Shown: positions 21,385 to 31,882 of the stretch, piece after piece
How the letters are laid out: each line of letters opens with the position of its first letter
Numbering within the stretch: position 1 is the first letter of the stretch
Source: Phycisphaerae bacterium
GTDB lineage: Bacteria; Planctomycetota; Phycisphaerae; UBA1845
Length of the DNA: 64,000 nucleotides
NCBI GenBank assembly: GCA_963666835.2
Contig: CAXXGO010000001.1
Span: forward strand, 96,001 to 160,000
Direction: 5' to 3'
Notes under the pieces: generated by a model
What the model saw: only the letters and a program-made list of their open reading frames with translations
What the model was told of the DNA's origin: nothing
Database searches by the model: none
Translations under genes and position numbers: made by a program

Positions 21385-23070
21385 CTACTTGCGGTCACTG
21401 CGCAGGCAGCGCAGGATTTCATTCATACTCGTGCTGCCGTCGATGACCTTGAGCAGCCCTTCTTCCTGTAGGTAGTACATCTTGTTCTTGCGACACTGGG
21501 CCTTGATACGGTTCATTGGCGCCCCGGTGGCGATGAGTTTCGAAATCTCTTCGTCCACGACCAATAACTCGAAGATAGCCAGACGGCCCACATATCCCGA
21601 TCCCTGACAGGCCTGGCACGCGATCTCCCGACCCTTGCGGTCTCGTTTGACGTCTGTCGGGGGGCGATAGAACTTCTCGATCTTGCTCGCGGGGAGGTTC
21701 AGCTTCTTGAGTGTAGCCTCGTCCGGAGCGAATGCCTCGCGGCACTCCTCGCACAGCAGGCGGACCAGACGTTGGCTGAGGATCCCGAGCAGAGCCCGGG
21801 AGGCGAGTTCCGGGTCTTCCAGGAACGCGAGATACTTCGCCAAGGCGTCGAACGAGTCGTTGGCTTGTATGCCCATGTAGATTTTTCGATCATCGGCGGC
21901 CACGCGGGTGGCGACCTGAGCGGTCTCGCGGTCTTCGCACTCACTGACCATGACGATGTCGGGCTCGCGCCTCAGCACGGTCTGGAGGGCTCGGGCGAAG
22001 TCCACGTCGGAGCTGCCCCCCTCGTATACCTGCTGGGTGATATTGTCTAGGTCGATCTGCGAGCGCCGCTCGAGCGCGTGAATGTTATGCATGTAAGCAT
22101 CGTGACTGCGCAGAATCGCATACTGAGTCGTGGTCATGCCGTTCTGCGGTGGTGAGGCGATCAGCATTATGCCGGTCGGCTTACCGAGGATTTCTTTGGT
22201 CAGCGCCTCCAAACGGGGGGTGGCTATTCCCAGCTCATGGAGACGGAGCAGCACCGGTCCGGTCTGGAAGCGCACCCGCATCCGCTCGCCGGCCGTCGTA
22301 CCCGACGTGCGAATCTCGGTATCACCGATGTGGCCGGTGTGGCTGAGCAATGCGGTCTTGATGCTCCCGGTCTGCGGGCGCCGGATCTCTTCGGCGTTCA
22401 AGCCTGCGATTCGCTTCAGGAACCGGAAGATCCGTTCGCCTTCCTCCGTAGGGATACCGCCCTCGCGCTCCGTGGCCACCCCGTCGACCCGATACACCAG
22501 CCGATAGTTCTCTTTGCCGACGAGAATGTCCGCATCGGATGCCCGGTGTGAAAGCAGATCGTGCAGAAGATCCTGAACGGCCTGGTAGTCCAGCGCTTCT
22601 TCCGGCTCGCCCGGGAACTTCACCGGCTCCCCCTTGTGGTCTTCAAGGTGGACGCGCTGGCCCTTGTCTTCCACGGCGTTCTTCTTGTCCGGATCCCCGA
22701 AGAGCTTCCGGCGCACATGAGCAACTGTGAGAATCTGCTTGGCCACGACGACTCGACTGTTTCGGTGGAGGAGGTAGGCAACCATCGCCCCACCAGCGAT
22801 GAGCATCCAGGCGGCAAGGCCGATGTAAAACAGCACTCCCGGCCAGGGCACGAGAAAGAGGACCAAGTATCCCACCATCGCCCCGGAGACTACGATCAGA
22901 TTCCACTGCTCGCGCTTGGTCTTCACCACGTCGGTATCGCGATCGATCCACTGGGCGCCGGCGGCCCACGCTATTAACAGCGCGGCCACGGCGCCGATTT
23001 TGATCGGATTGACGTACATCACGGTATCGAGCACTGTTGCTAATATCGGGGATGTCATATCTACATCCAT
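21385..23070 (-). CDS. GspE/PilB-family secretion ATPase-like protein, degenerate, with N-terminal TM helices
   Basis: YRVDGV, LRREPDIVMV, QRLVRLLCEEC...CQACQGSGYVGR zinc motif. The Walker A position reads SPPQNGMTTT. Confidence 0.85.
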   Translation of the reverse strand: MDVDMTSPILATVLDTVMYVNPIKIGAVAALLIAWAAGAQWIDRDTDVVKTKREQWNLIVVSGAMVGYLVLFLVPWPGVLFYIGLAAWMLIAGGAMVAYLLHRNSRVVVAKQILTVAHVRRKLFGDPDKKNAVEDKGQRVHLEDHKGEPVKFPGEPEEALDYQAVQDLLHDLLSHRASDADILVGKENYRLVYRVDGVATEREGGIPTEEGERIFRFLKRIAGLNAEEIRRPQTGSIKTALLSHTGHIGDTEIRTSGTTAGERMRVRFQTGPVLLRLHELGIATPRLEALTKEILGKPTGIMLIASPPQNGMTTTQYAILRSHDAYMHNIHALERRSQIDLDNITQQVYEGGSSDVDFARALQTVLRREPDIVMVSECEDRETAQVATRVAADDRKIYMGIQANDSFDALAKYLAFLEDPELASRALLGILSQRLVRLLCEECREAFAPDEATLKKLNLPASKIEKFYRPPTDVKRDRKGREIACQACQGSGYVGRLAIFELLVVDEEISKLIATGAPMNRIKAQCRKNKMYYLQEEGLLKVIDGSTSMNEILRCLRSDRK

Positions 23071-23126
23071 CGGTGGTCCATCTACACAGGCCCACCGCCT
23101 CTGCGGTGGGCCGACTAAGCGGGAGG

Positions 23127-24287
23127 CTAACCGATAATGCCCCCGCCGGTAACTGATATTCCCTTTAACCGCATGCCCAGCTCCTCCGGATTAGGGGCGG
23201 CGGCGTAGGCCGTCTTTACTGAGATCAGCTCCTTCTCCGAAAGTTGGCGAAGCGATTCTGTAAAATCAATCATACCCTCATGGTAGGAGTTACGCATCAC
23301 CGCGCCAATCTCGCTGTCCCGTTCCTCCGCGATCAGCTTCCGGACCGTCGCGTTACACCGCATGATTTCGCAGCAAGGCACACGCGGGATCTCCGGCTGC
23401 AAACCCGGCAGCAGCTTCAGACAAACGACTGCCTGCAAATTGAAGACCAAGGCCGAACGGACCATTGCCCGGCTCTCATCCGGAAACAGCTCCAGAATCC
23501 GTCCGATTGTACCCCAGGTGCTGGATGAGTGGATCGTGCTGAACACCAGATGCCCGGTTTCAGCGGCGGCGAGAGCGGCGCTGAAGGTCTCCTGATCCCG
23601 CAGCTCACCGATCAGAATCACGTCCGGGTCTTCCCGCATAACGTACTTGAGGGCGTCAGCGTAGTTCTCCACGTCGAGCCCGATCTCCCGCTGGTTTACG
23701 AACGACATCTTGTCTTCGTAGAGAAACTCGATCGGATCCTCGACCGTTACGATGTGGCACGGGCGAGTGGTGTTAATATCTTCCAGAACGGCCGAGATGG
23801 CGGTGCTCTTGCCGCTCCGCGATATCCCGGCGAACAAGATCAAGCCTTGTTGGATCTTCGCGAAATCGCCAAGCACCGGAGGCAGGTGCAGCTCTTCGTA
23901 GCTGTGAATCTCGCCCGGGACCCGGCGGGCTGCAACCGACATCTTCCCCCGCTGGCGAAACGCATTCAGGCGAAAACGGTCCGTAGTGCCGAGCTGGTAG
24001 GCAAAATCCGTGGACCCCTTCCGGCGATACTGAGCAATCTGCCGTTCGTCCATGATCTCGAACGCCATCGACTCGATCTCGGCCGCACTAAGTCCGTGAG
24101 AGTCGATATTGCGGATCTCTCCCTTTATTCGAAGTTTCGCGGGGGTGTCGGCCTTCAGGTGGAGATCGGAGGCCTTGTGTCGGCACATTGCCCGGAAGAA
24201 GATGTCAATCTTCTTGGGCTGGTTCCGGGCAATATCGGCGGGGGGGAGTTCGCACGAGTCCTCGTGGTCGGGAGTAGTATCCATCAC
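23127..24287 (-). CDS. pilT: PilT/PilU-family type IV pilus ATPase
   Basis: ASDLHL, GISRSGKST, EDPIE, QREIG, REDPDVILIGELRD, AAETGHLVFSTIH. Confidence 0.9.
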   Translation of the reverse strand: MMDTTPDHEDSCELPPADIARNQPKKIDIFFRAMCRHKASDLHLKADTPAKLRIKGEIRNIDSHGLSAAEIESMAFEIMDERQIAQYRRKGSTDFAYQLGTTDRFRLNAFRQRGKMSVAARRVPGEIHSYEELHLPPVLGDFAKIQQGLILFAGISRSGKSTAISAVLEDINTTRPCHIVTVEDPIEFLYEDKMSFVNQREIGLDVENYADALKYVMREDPDVILIGELRDQETFSAALAAAETGHLVFSTIHSSSTWGTIGRILELFPDESRAMVRSALVFNLQAVVCLKLLPGLQPEIPRVPCCEIMRCNATVRKLIAEERDSEIGAVMRNSYHEGMIDFTESLRQLSEKELISVKTAYAAAPNPEELGMRLKGISVTGGGIIG

Positions 24288-24490
24288 GACTGCGCGTTCC
24301 TCCGAGTCAGGTACCGGGCTCGGTTCGCAGACCCGACACGCAAGGCTCCGCCCGGTGCCTGCCGCGAATAATGACCGCTGGAAACTCGTCGGGATCCCAC
24401 CGCGTCAAAGAACTGCGAGGCCCCCACAATTTCGACATTGTAGAAACTCGTGTGCCGGCTTCAAGGTGTAACCTTGTCAAGGTGGCGGAG

Positions 24491-25222
24491 TCAGACCAGG
24501 TTTCGTCCGCCGTCGACGGAGATTATCTCCCCGGTCACGTACTCAGCGGACTCGACCAGGAATCGCACCACCTTGGCCAGTTCGCCCGGCGTTCCCGCGC
24601 GTCCCAGGGGGACGCGGTCGACCAGAGTCTGCCGGAGATCCTCGTCGTACGCGTCAGAAAACTCAGCAATCCCCGGAGCTACCCCGTTCACGTGGATCGA
24701 AGGGGCGTACTTCCGGGCCAGCCCCTTTGTAAGCGCGGCTAGAGCGGCTTTGGAGCAGCAGTACGCCAGATGGCCCGGCCAGGGCCGCTCCCCCGAGATA
24801 TCGCAGAGATTAACAATCGCGCCTTGACCGTGTGCTGCAAGATGGCGTCGACTGTGCTCGGCCAGAGCCATTGGGGCAATGAGGTTCGTCCGGAGTGTCT
24901 CTTCCCAGCACTCGGGGGCGAATTCCTCGCCATCAGCCGTGAATGCTGCGGCGTTGTTGATCAGAACGTCGAGGCGGCCGAGCTGGTCGATGGTCTGGTC
25001 GATGACTTTCGGCCAATCTGCCGAGGCGTTCAGGTCGCCGGGAATCGCGGCGGCCTTTTGTCCCATCGAGACTATCTGATTGACGACCTCTTCTGCCTGC
25101 TTTGGTGAGTTTCTGTAATGTACGGCGACGTCACACCCGGCCCGGGCTAGTTCCAGTGCGATTGCCCTGCCGACGCGCTTAGCCCCTCCGGTTACCAGCA
25201 CGACATTGCCCTTGAGGTTCAT
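24491..25222 (-). CDS. SDR oxidoreductase, pteridine reductase (PTR1/FolM)-like
   Basis: TGGAKRVG, VHYRNS, NNAA, YCCSK, VNGVAPG, VDGG. Confidence 0.88.
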   Translation of the reverse strand: MNLKGNVVLVTGGAKRVGRAIALELARAGCDVAVHYRNSPKQAEEVVNQIVSMGQKAAAIPGDLNASADWPKVIDQTIDQLGRLDVLINNAAAFTADGEEFAPECWEETLRTNLIAPMALAEHSRRHLAAHGQGAIVNLCDISGERPWPGHLAYCCSKAALAALTKGLARKYAPSIHVNGVAPGIAEFSDAYDEDLRQTLVDRVPLGRAGTPGELAKVVRFLVESAEYVTGEIISVDGGRNLV

Positions 25223-25283
25223 GGATGCTGCCCTGGTAAAGCCTGCTGTGGTCCCAGTATCCGAGGTTGCCCGCGTTTGCGGT

Positions 25284-25610
25284 CTACCAATCGTCAAACG
25301 GCGAATCGGGATTCCGGTCGAGGGGGCTTGGGGGGTGTTTGCGTGTCTTCATTGCCCGATACGCCAGGGCGATAACGGCCACCATCAGCGCCGTAGTCAC
25401 CACGATTATCGGAATCGCGCCGATCGGCGCCGGTGGTTCGGCCCCCGCCGGTACGCCGTTGATAGCAGGGTCCAGTGGGATTGCGGGCGGCGCGTGCGTA
25501 CGGTAGACCCAGCTTCCCCAAGCCCAAAGGAGCAAGGATACTCCGGCTATTAAGAACACGAGCGCCACGCGGGTCCGCCTCGCTTCCGAATTGTCAACGT
25601 CATCGGGCAT
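25284..25610 (-). CDS. Small two-TM hypothetical protein
   Basis: Two hydrophobic helices; overlaps the end of the DnaJ-class gene in operon fashion. Confidence 0.6.
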   Translation of the reverse strand: MPDDVDNSEARRTRVALVFLIAGVSLLLWAWGSWVYRTHAPPAIPLDPAINGVPAGAEPPAPIGAIPIIVVTTALMVAVIALAYRAMKTRKHPPSPLDRNPDSPFDDW

Positions 25611-26583
25611 GTGAGGAGTCTGTGTGCCAGGGGCAATTCACTCGCGGATCAACGTCACCCAATTCGCGGAGTTGCTCGTATAGTCTTCGCTGCTCGTCCG
25701 TCAGGTTCTTGGGCGGCATAATCTGAACGATTACATACTGGTCTCCGCGCGCCGCGCCGTTGCTGCGAGGTGCGCCGCGCCCGCGAAGTCGCAGTTTGCT
25801 GCCGCTCCGGGTTCCGGGTGCGATCGTCACGGTGGCCGTGCCGTCAGTTGTGGGGACGTCCACCTTGGCCCCGAGGGCGGCCTCGATCGTACTGATCGGC
25901 ACGTCGACGTAGACGTCCGCGCCTTGTCTGGAGAAGTAGGGGTGCGCGTTGATGCCCACCACCAGCAGCAGATCGCCCGGCGGTCCGCCGTTGATGCCGG
26001 GTGAGCCTTTGCCCCGCAATCGAATCTTCTGTTGTTCCTCAACGCCGGGCGGGATCTTGACATCGAGGTTCTCGGTCTTGCGCCCCGGTGCGGATAGGCG
26101 CACTGTCACGGTGCATCCGTGAATCGCCTGCTCGAAGCTCAGTCTGAGTTGTTGCTGAACATCGTCTCCTTTCTGAGGCGATCGAGCCCGGCGGCGCGGT
26201 CCGCCCCTTCCGAACAGGTCATCGAACACGCTGGCCCGCTGTCCGCCGCCGCCGAACGCCGAGAACAGGTCTTCCAGATCATCGACGCGAACTGACGATC
26301 CGCCCCCGCCCCACTGATACACGCGTTGTCCGTTGGGGTTGGTCGTCCACTGCCCGACGCCGGCCTTGCCGTATTGATCGTATTCTCGGCGCTTCTTCGG
26401 ATCTTTGAGGACACTGTAAGCCTCTTGGACTTCTTTGAATTTGTCCTCTGCCGCCGCGGCATCAGCCTGATTTCGGTCCGGGTGGTGTTTCTTGGCGAGC
26501 CGCCGGTAGGCGCGCTTGATCTCGTCCTGTGTTGCGGATCGTTCAACACCCAGGATTTGGTAGTAATCAGACATACCGGTCAT
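25600..26583 (-). CDS. DnaJ-class chaperone lacking the zinc finger (CbpA-like)
   Basis: [11 protein letters not shown] motif, G/F-rich region, DnaJ C-terminal domains; no CxxCxGxG repeats. Confidence 0.92.
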   Translation of the reverse strand: MTGMSDYYQILGVERSATQDEIKRAYRRLAKKHHPDRNQADAAAAEDKFKEVQEAYSVLKDPKKRREYDQYGKAGVGQWTTNPNGQRVYQWGGGGSSVRVDDLEDLFSAFGGGGQRASVFDDLFGRGGPRRRARSPQKGDDVQQQLRLSFEQAIHGCTVTVRLSAPGRKTENLDVKIPPGVEEQQKIRLRGKGSPGINGGPPGDLLLVVGINAHPYFSRQGADVYVDVPISTIEAALGAKVDVPTTDGTATVTIAPGTRSGSKLRLRGRGAPRSNGAARGDQYVIVQIMPPKNLTDEQRRLYEQLRELGDVDPRVNCPWHTDSSHAR

Positions 26584-26754
26584 GAACCAACCACAGCCCC
26601 CGTACCGGCTTTATCGACGGGAATTACTCCCGCACCGTCCTGTGCAGTATAGACCTGAGCCCGCCGCGGGGAAAGCGGGGAACGCCCGCAAGACATACCC
26701 GGGCACGGGTCGCCGATTGTCAAGATCCTCGGGGACGCCGTGACTCGACAAACG

Positions 26755-28359
26755 TCAGCCGGTCGGCCAGAGCAATCGAACCTGCCAGGGCTCGTAGGGC
26801 AGCGGACTGTGGGGCTCGTTGATCTTCTCTTCAGCGATCAGGTCACGGACCGCGCCGAGCGGCTTGCCGCGTTGGAGCACTAGTTCTCGCGGGCGGTCGG
26901 AGATATTGGCCACGAAGACACAGCACCTTCCGGCCGGCGTTACGCCCTCCCGAATGATTACGTCTTCCGCCAAGCCCGGGCCGGTTTCCTTCACGGTTGC
27001 TCTGCCGGTGTGTTCGGTGTGCCCGGCCAGCTCTCGTCCGATTGTGAGGAGGAACGTCTCGGGGTCGGCCGCTTTTTCCGGATCAAGCGGCACTACGACC
27101 TGGTACTGCCGGCGCAACCGATCGTCCACGGATCCCCGGCGAACCACGTCGAACCTGAGCTGACGATCAAGGAGTTTGGCCCAGATGGGCTCGATCCACG
27201 CGGCCCACTCGTTACTTCGGCTCGGGTCAACGGCTTCTGCGCCCACGGCGACGGCCACCACCGGTTTCGTCCTGAACGGTGCCAAGTACTCGCCCAACCG
27301 GATGAGATCGAGTGCGGTGTGCGAGAGCGCCTCGGTGTGGCTCGGGGTGGTCAGCAGGCTGGCATACATGCTCCCGGACCCGTCCCGCAGATCGCGCCAT
27401 CCGCGCACAAGACCAAGCGACTGTCCATCCAGAGCATGCACCCAAAGTGCCGCAGATGTGGCATCAGGGGGATCGCTACGGTTCTGCAGGGTGCCCCAGC
27501 CGTCCGCGACGTATCGGAGACGCTCGAAGACCCCGCGGGCGGCTGCCCGGCGCGCCAGCGACGACGCCCACGATTCTCCGAACGCCGGGTCAACGATTGC
27601 CGCCGACCGGCCCGGCCGACTTCCGACAATACGTTCGCCACCCAGCAGGTTTTGCAGAGTGACCGGTTCGACGGTTAACGCATGCTGGGGAAGCCCCGTG
27701 TCGGTGCTGTTGGCGTCAGATAGCACAACCGAGGCCATGCCCAGGGCGGCGGCGCGATCGAGCAGAGCCGAGCCGGATCCATCGCGAGGGATCTCGCCTG
27801 CGATTCGGGGGTACACGCGAAAGCCCATGGCGGCCGCCAAGTCCAGATCTCCGAAAGACGGATGGGATCGGGTGGCGGTCGTCCGGTCGACAATCCCGAG
27901 CAGGGCCGGGGTAGGTGACGCCTCGGCCAGTTCGGCGCCGGTTATACGACGGCGGTGCGGACGGAATCCGGGGTAACTGTCGGAAGCGGTGACCCGTTGG
28001 GTTGCGTCGTCCGCCCATTCGAGCATTTCGATCAAGACGGGATCGGCGATGGCCCCGTTTTGGTGTTGTCGCAGGCGCATCTCGCGCTCGAGGGTCTGCG
28101 TCGTCTTCACCAAAGTGGCGAGGGTGGCTCGGGCGTAGGGGCGGTCAAACCACTCGAAATGCAGCGTATCCAGCAGGTTGTTGAGATCCACCAACCCGGC
28201 GACCTGGTCGGTGAGCCGGTCCACGCGCGTGCGCAGGGTGGCCATATCGACCGAGTCGTCGGAAACGGCGGCAAGCGCCGAAGGAAGCCCCGCCCCGGCC
28301 ATGATTCCCAGAACCGACAGCCATACCGCCGTCAGGCGGCGTAATTCGGAAGTGTTCAT
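26755..28359 (-). CDS. Secreted hypothetical protein
   Basis: Long ORF with a signal peptide; ATGA overlap with the upstream gene. Confidence 0.7.
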   Translation of the reverse strand: MNTSELRRLTAVWLSVLGIMAGAGLPSALAAVSDDSVDMATLRTRVDRLTDQVAGLVDLNNLLDTLHFEWFDRPYARATLATLVKTTQTLEREMRLRQHQNGAIADPVLIEMLEWADDATQRVTASDSYPGFRPHRRRITGAELAEASPTPALLGIVDRTTATRSHPSFGDLDLAAAMGFRVYPRIAGEIPRDGSGSALLDRAAALGMASVVLSDANSTDTGLPQHALTVEPVTLQNLLGGERIVGSRPGRSAAIVDPAFGESWASSLARRAAARGVFERLRYVADGWGTLQNRSDPPDATSAALWVHALDGQSLGLVRGWRDLRDGSGSMYASLLTTPSHTEALSHTALDLIRLGEYLAPFRTKPVVAVAVGAEAVDPSRSNEWAAWIEPIWAKLLDRQLRFDVVRRGSVDDRLRRQYQVVVPLDPEKAADPETFLLTIGRELAGHTEHTGRATVKETGPGLAEDVIIREGVTPAGRCCVFVANISDRPRELVLQRGKPLGAVRDLIAEEKINEPHSPLPYEPWQVRLLWPTG

Positions 28360-28934
28360 CGCGGTATTCTCCACCAGCAGTATTCGGGGTTAGTCTGTCC
28401 GACCGAGGCGCCCTGCGAACCGGCGGTAGGATACGGGAGGTTCGCCCGGGCGTCGATCAGACGTTGTCTAGAGAACCCGGCCGGGCTTTCTCTAAGCCGT
28501 CGGCGCGTTTCGTCGCTGAAAAACGCCTCTGCCGGGGGGAGGTCGTTGTCGTCGTCGTAAAACTTGAGAGCTTCTTCAAGGCACTGCCCCGCGCCGAGGT
28601 TCAGGTGACGTCTTCGGACCTTGTCGGGCTCTTCTTCAGCGGCGCTGATGAGGACCCGCGACAACGTGATCCACTGCGCCACGTCGATAATCCGAGACGG
28701 TTCCTCCCCCGGGTTGATTCGATCATCGTTATCTGCGGCTGAGTGGTTGAGTCGCTCGAATGACATCGTGGTGTCAGCATGACAGGCCGCACATTCCGTT
28801 TCGATAGTGACTGTGCCGGCCGGGTCATCTTCATTCAGCGGATCCGCCCCGATCAGCGGTCCGCGCCCACAAGATGCGCAGCGGACGACTCGCAGGTAGA
28901 GGTAAGCCTCCGGAAGACTATGGGCACGAAGCAT
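28356..28934 (-). CDS. Hypothetical protein with N-terminal zinc-ribbon-like motif
   Basis: CASC...CAAC; operon-like overlap with the next gene. Confidence 0.7.
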   Translation of the reverse strand: MLRAHSLPEAYLYLRVVRCASCGRGPLIGADPLNEDDPAGTVTIETECAACHADTTMSFERLNHSAADNDDRINPGEEPSRIIDVAQWITLSRVLISAAEEEPDKVRRRHLNLGAGQCLEEALKFYDDDNDLPPAEAFFSDETRRRLRESPAGFSRQRLIDARANLPYPTAGSQGASVGQTNPEYCWWRIPR

Positions 28935-29104
28935 GGTCGAACGGCAATCCGATCGTGAACGGTTCAGACAATCCCTGTCGTTGCGCGCCGTTTAGCCGCC
29001 GGTATCCTTGACCGGACCGACCGGCCGGCGCGAGCCTGCCCTGGCTATAACCGCCGAGTGCGGTCGGTGCCCGCCATCCGGCGGGTGGAGACTATGCGCT
29101 TCGC

Positions 29105-29926
29105 TCAGTCAGACTCGTCGCTGCTCTCGGCATCGCCGCCGCGTTGCGCGGCTGCCGCCTGGGCTATGATCTCCAACTGCGCCAGAGCGGCTTCCGCCGG
29201 AACCTGCTCCGACCGTACACCCTGGGCGACGGTGTCGAAGGTGGTGCTAATCGCGGTGAGCCCCTGCTCCAACGTCGCGAAACTTGGGAGCCCGGGTACT
29301 TCGATGAACCACTCTTCGTCTATCAGAACGAAACGGCATGTGGGCAAACTCCCGCCGTCCTTGATTTCTCCCGTCACCTCCCCCTCACTCACCACGGTGA
29401 GCGCTCCGACGTCGAGCGTGAAATCCGTCATCCGCTCCAGTTCGGTGAAGATTGTGGTGATACGCTCGCTGGCATCCGGGAGTTTCTCTTCAAGGGCGGT
29501 CTTGGCCGCCTCGAGTTTCTCGTCCATGGCCGTTAGGGTTTGCAGAAGTGCCTCGAGCGTTTCTTGTTGCTCATCGACGTAGTACACGACCAACTCGTCG
29601 ATTTCACCATCGGCGGCGATCTCGTTGTACTCGGCGATTAGCTCGCGGATTTCGGCCTCCAGCCCGCCGGCCTTGCCCTCTTCGGCTGCGTCCTCGTCCT
29701 CATCCTCGACTTCAGCCTCGGCATCGAGCTCGCGGAACGGCTGCCAGGTGGCCGACCCCTCGCCGGCGTTATAGGCCACGCTTGTGCCGTGTACGGGAAT
29801 CAACACGGTGTCCTCATCGCCGAGATTCTCGCTGTAAGCGGCAGGCGGAGCGACGTCTCGACAGCCCGCGGCTGCGACGAGGGCCAGGACACACCAAAGA
29901 CAACCACGCCGGCGGATAAGTACCAT
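29105..29926 (-). CDS. Acidic hypothetical lipoprotein
   Basis: AAGGAG RBS, lipobox AAGC, Glu-rich helical body. Confidence 0.7.
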   Translation of the reverse strand: MVLIRRRGCLWCVLALVAAAGCRDVAPPAAYSENLGDEDTVLIPVHGTSVAYNAGEGSATWQPFRELDAEAEVEDEDEDAAEEGKAGGLEAEIRELIAEYNEIAADGEIDELVVYYVDEQQETLEALLQTLTAMDEKLEAAKTALEEKLPDASERITTIFTELERMTDFTLDVGALTVVSEGEVTGEIKDGGSLPTCRFVLIDEEWFIEVPGLPSFATLEQGLTAISTTFDTVAQGVRSEQVPAEAALAQLEIIAQAAAAQRGGDAESSDESD

Positions 29927-30128
29927 CGCCAACTCCTTGCGTTTTCACTGTAGTATCGCGGTACGCTCCCGCGGAACTAGGCTAGCTCCAACGGCCCGTC
30001 CGGTCAACTTCTGAGGATGTGCGGCCGCAGGGTGGCGAGGTTATAGGACCATCGGTAGAAGTGGCAGGACCGCTGTTCGGTGCGCGTCAGGCGGTTGTGT
30101 TGCTAAACTAGCAACCCCGGCCAACGCC

Positions 30129-30311
30129 TCACCGTATGGGTGGTTCACCCTTGCCCGTCGAACCACCGCTGATCGTGGTGATCAGTCGAACAACGGGCGT
30201 GGTCTTCCCGCAGGTCTCGCACGGAAGCCGGCGCTTGGGCTTGTCCATGATCCCGTGCTGCAGCTCCTGCTGGGCTCCGCAAACCTGACATTGATAAACG
30301 TACACCGGCAT
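30129..30311 (-). CDS. FmdB-family zinc ribbon protein
   Basis: MPVYVYQCQVCG...CETCG; GGGAGG RBS. Confidence 0.8.
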   Translation of the reverse strand: MPVYVYQCQVCGAQQELQHGIMDKPKRRLPCETCGKTTPVVRLITTISGGSTGKGEPPIR

Positions 30312-30374
30312 TCTGTCTGCCTCCCTTGAGTGCCGTTGCCATGCCGCCCGGAGCGTCGTGGCTGCGGCACTATC

Positions 30375-30815
30375 TCAATCATACGATACGCGGGTGCTTT
30401 CGTCGGCCAAAGTAGGTTGAATCAGCTCCGCCCATTGCGGTGAGTCCCAGGTTCCCAGCTTGGTATGCACGTCGTAGTATTTCTGTGGTATCGGATGAGT
30501 GCCCACGACCACCTTCAGGCCGTACCTTGTCGTAATGAAATCGCGAAAGTGGTTGATACGCGGGCACGGCGGGTATCCGACAACCAGCCCGGTAGCCAGG
30601 TGGACGGTTTGTACGCCGTTCTTTTTCATCTCTTCCGGGGTGTACTCGATATTGCCGCCGGGGCAGCCGCCGCAAGTGGTGAACCCGGCGATCTCCACGT
30701 CCTTTCCACGGTAGATACTGAAGGCCCCTTCCCTATTGCGGAGCGATCGGAGGCATTTGCCTCCGGCGCACATTCGATAACGGTCGCAGATGATAATTCC
30801 GATCTTCTCAGTCAT
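30375..30815 (-). CDS. CGGC domain protein
   Basis: KIGIIIC..CAGGKC...TCGGCPG...HLATG...CP...GTH. Confidence 0.9.
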   Translation of the reverse strand: MTEKIGIIICDRYRMCAGGKCLRSLRNREGAFSIYRGKDVEIAGFTTCGGCPGGNIEYTPEEMKKNGVQTVHLATGLVVGYPPCPRINHFRDFITTRYGLKVVVGTHPIPQKYYDVHTKLGTWDSPQWAELIQPTLADESTRVSYD

Positions 30816-30827
30816 TAGTGTCTCTCG

Positions 30828-31784
30828 CTATTGGTCTGCTGGAGATTTCGCATCCATCTCCGAACCGTGAATGACCGCTCTGTAGTAACACGTACCGGCC
30901 ACCCAAGTGGTCTCGATACGTTTCTCCGCCAGAAGTCGATCCAAGTACTTGATGGCTTCGTTCGGGTGCATCCTGAGCCCTTGGGCGACGCCGTCGATAG
31001 AGCACGGCCGTCTTCGAAGCAGGCCCAGCACTTCGTCCCGGCTGACGGAGAACTGAGTTTGCCGCGGATCATGGGGGTAATCGGCGACGACGTCGGTCGG
31101 CGCGCTGAACAGCCTCGCCAGCTCGGTTAAGCGCTCGGGTGACACGCCGGCCGCCGAGCTGTCCGCCGGGGGCCGGACTACGGTGTTAAGCTGGACCCGA
31201 TCCGGCTTGATGGCGTTAGTGTGTTCGACGATCTTCATGACCTGGGCTTCGGTATCCGTCATCCCGGCGAGCAGAAGAACCTCCAACCAGTACTCTCCCC
31301 GGCACGTCTGGCGCGACGCTACCAGACCATCGATCATCCTGTCAAACGAGACGGCCGCGTGGGGCCGATTGACGAGTTGAAAGGTCTTCTCGTCACCGGC
31401 GTCCAACGAGGGAATAAGAAGATCGACGTTCGCAACATCCTCGCGCACGTCGGGCCGCCACAGCAGCGATCCGTTCGTCAAGAGCGCCACGGGAATGTCG
31501 GTCATGCTCTTGATTCCGTCTATCAGAGCGCCGAGTTGCGAAAAGAGAGTCGGTTCTCCGGAGCCGCTGAGGGTGATGTAGTCAGGTTCGGTGGAGAGCT
31601 TTGCTTCGACCTCGTTAAGAAGCTCTTCCAACGGCGCCCATGGCTTCCGTTCCACGGTGTGGCAGTTGGTGCGACCAAGCTGGCAGTAGACGCAGTCGTA
31701 CGTGCAGGTTTTGAACGGTACGACATCCACGCCCAGCGACCGGCCCAGCCGGCGCGAGGGCACTGGACCGAAGACATAGCTCAT
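30828..31784 (-). CDS. Radical SAM protein (COG0731-like)
   Basis: FGPVPSRRLGRSLG, CTYDCVYC, SGSGEPTL. Confidence 0.92.
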   Translation of the reverse strand: MSYVFGPVPSRRLGRSLGVDVVPFKTCTYDCVYCQLGRTNCHTVERKPWAPLEELLNEVEAKLSTEPDYITLSGSGEPTLFSQLGALIDGIKSMTDIPVALLTNGSLLWRPDVREDVANVDLLIPSLDAGDEKTFQLVNRPHAAVSFDRMIDGLVASRQTCRGEYWLEVLLLAGMTDTEAQVMKIVEHTNAIKPDRVQLNTVVRPPADSSAAGVSPERLTELARLFSAPTDVVADYPHDPRQTQFSVSRDEVLGLLRRRPCSIDGVAQGLRMHPNEAIKYLDRLLAEKRIETTWVAGTCYYRAVIHGSEMDAKSPADQ

Positions 31785-31882
31785 TCTGACACCTCGTTAG
31801 TCCTGCGACCGGCACGTTAGACACTGCGTGCAGAGCAGTATCGCCCGCAAATCTGTGTCGGCCTTTCCGTAAGCAGCGGCAG

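Noticed and set aside
23089..23112. GGCCCACCGC-CTCT-GCGGTGGGCC hairpin between pilT and the pilB-like gene
   Set aside because: It has no U-tract on the coding strand; at most a stabilising hairpin, so it is not called a terminator.
31797..31882. CTQCLTC motif in a short minus-strand frame between the cytochrome and radical SAM genes
   Set aside because: It could be a gene remnant, but it is too short, has no start of its own and is compatible with chance.
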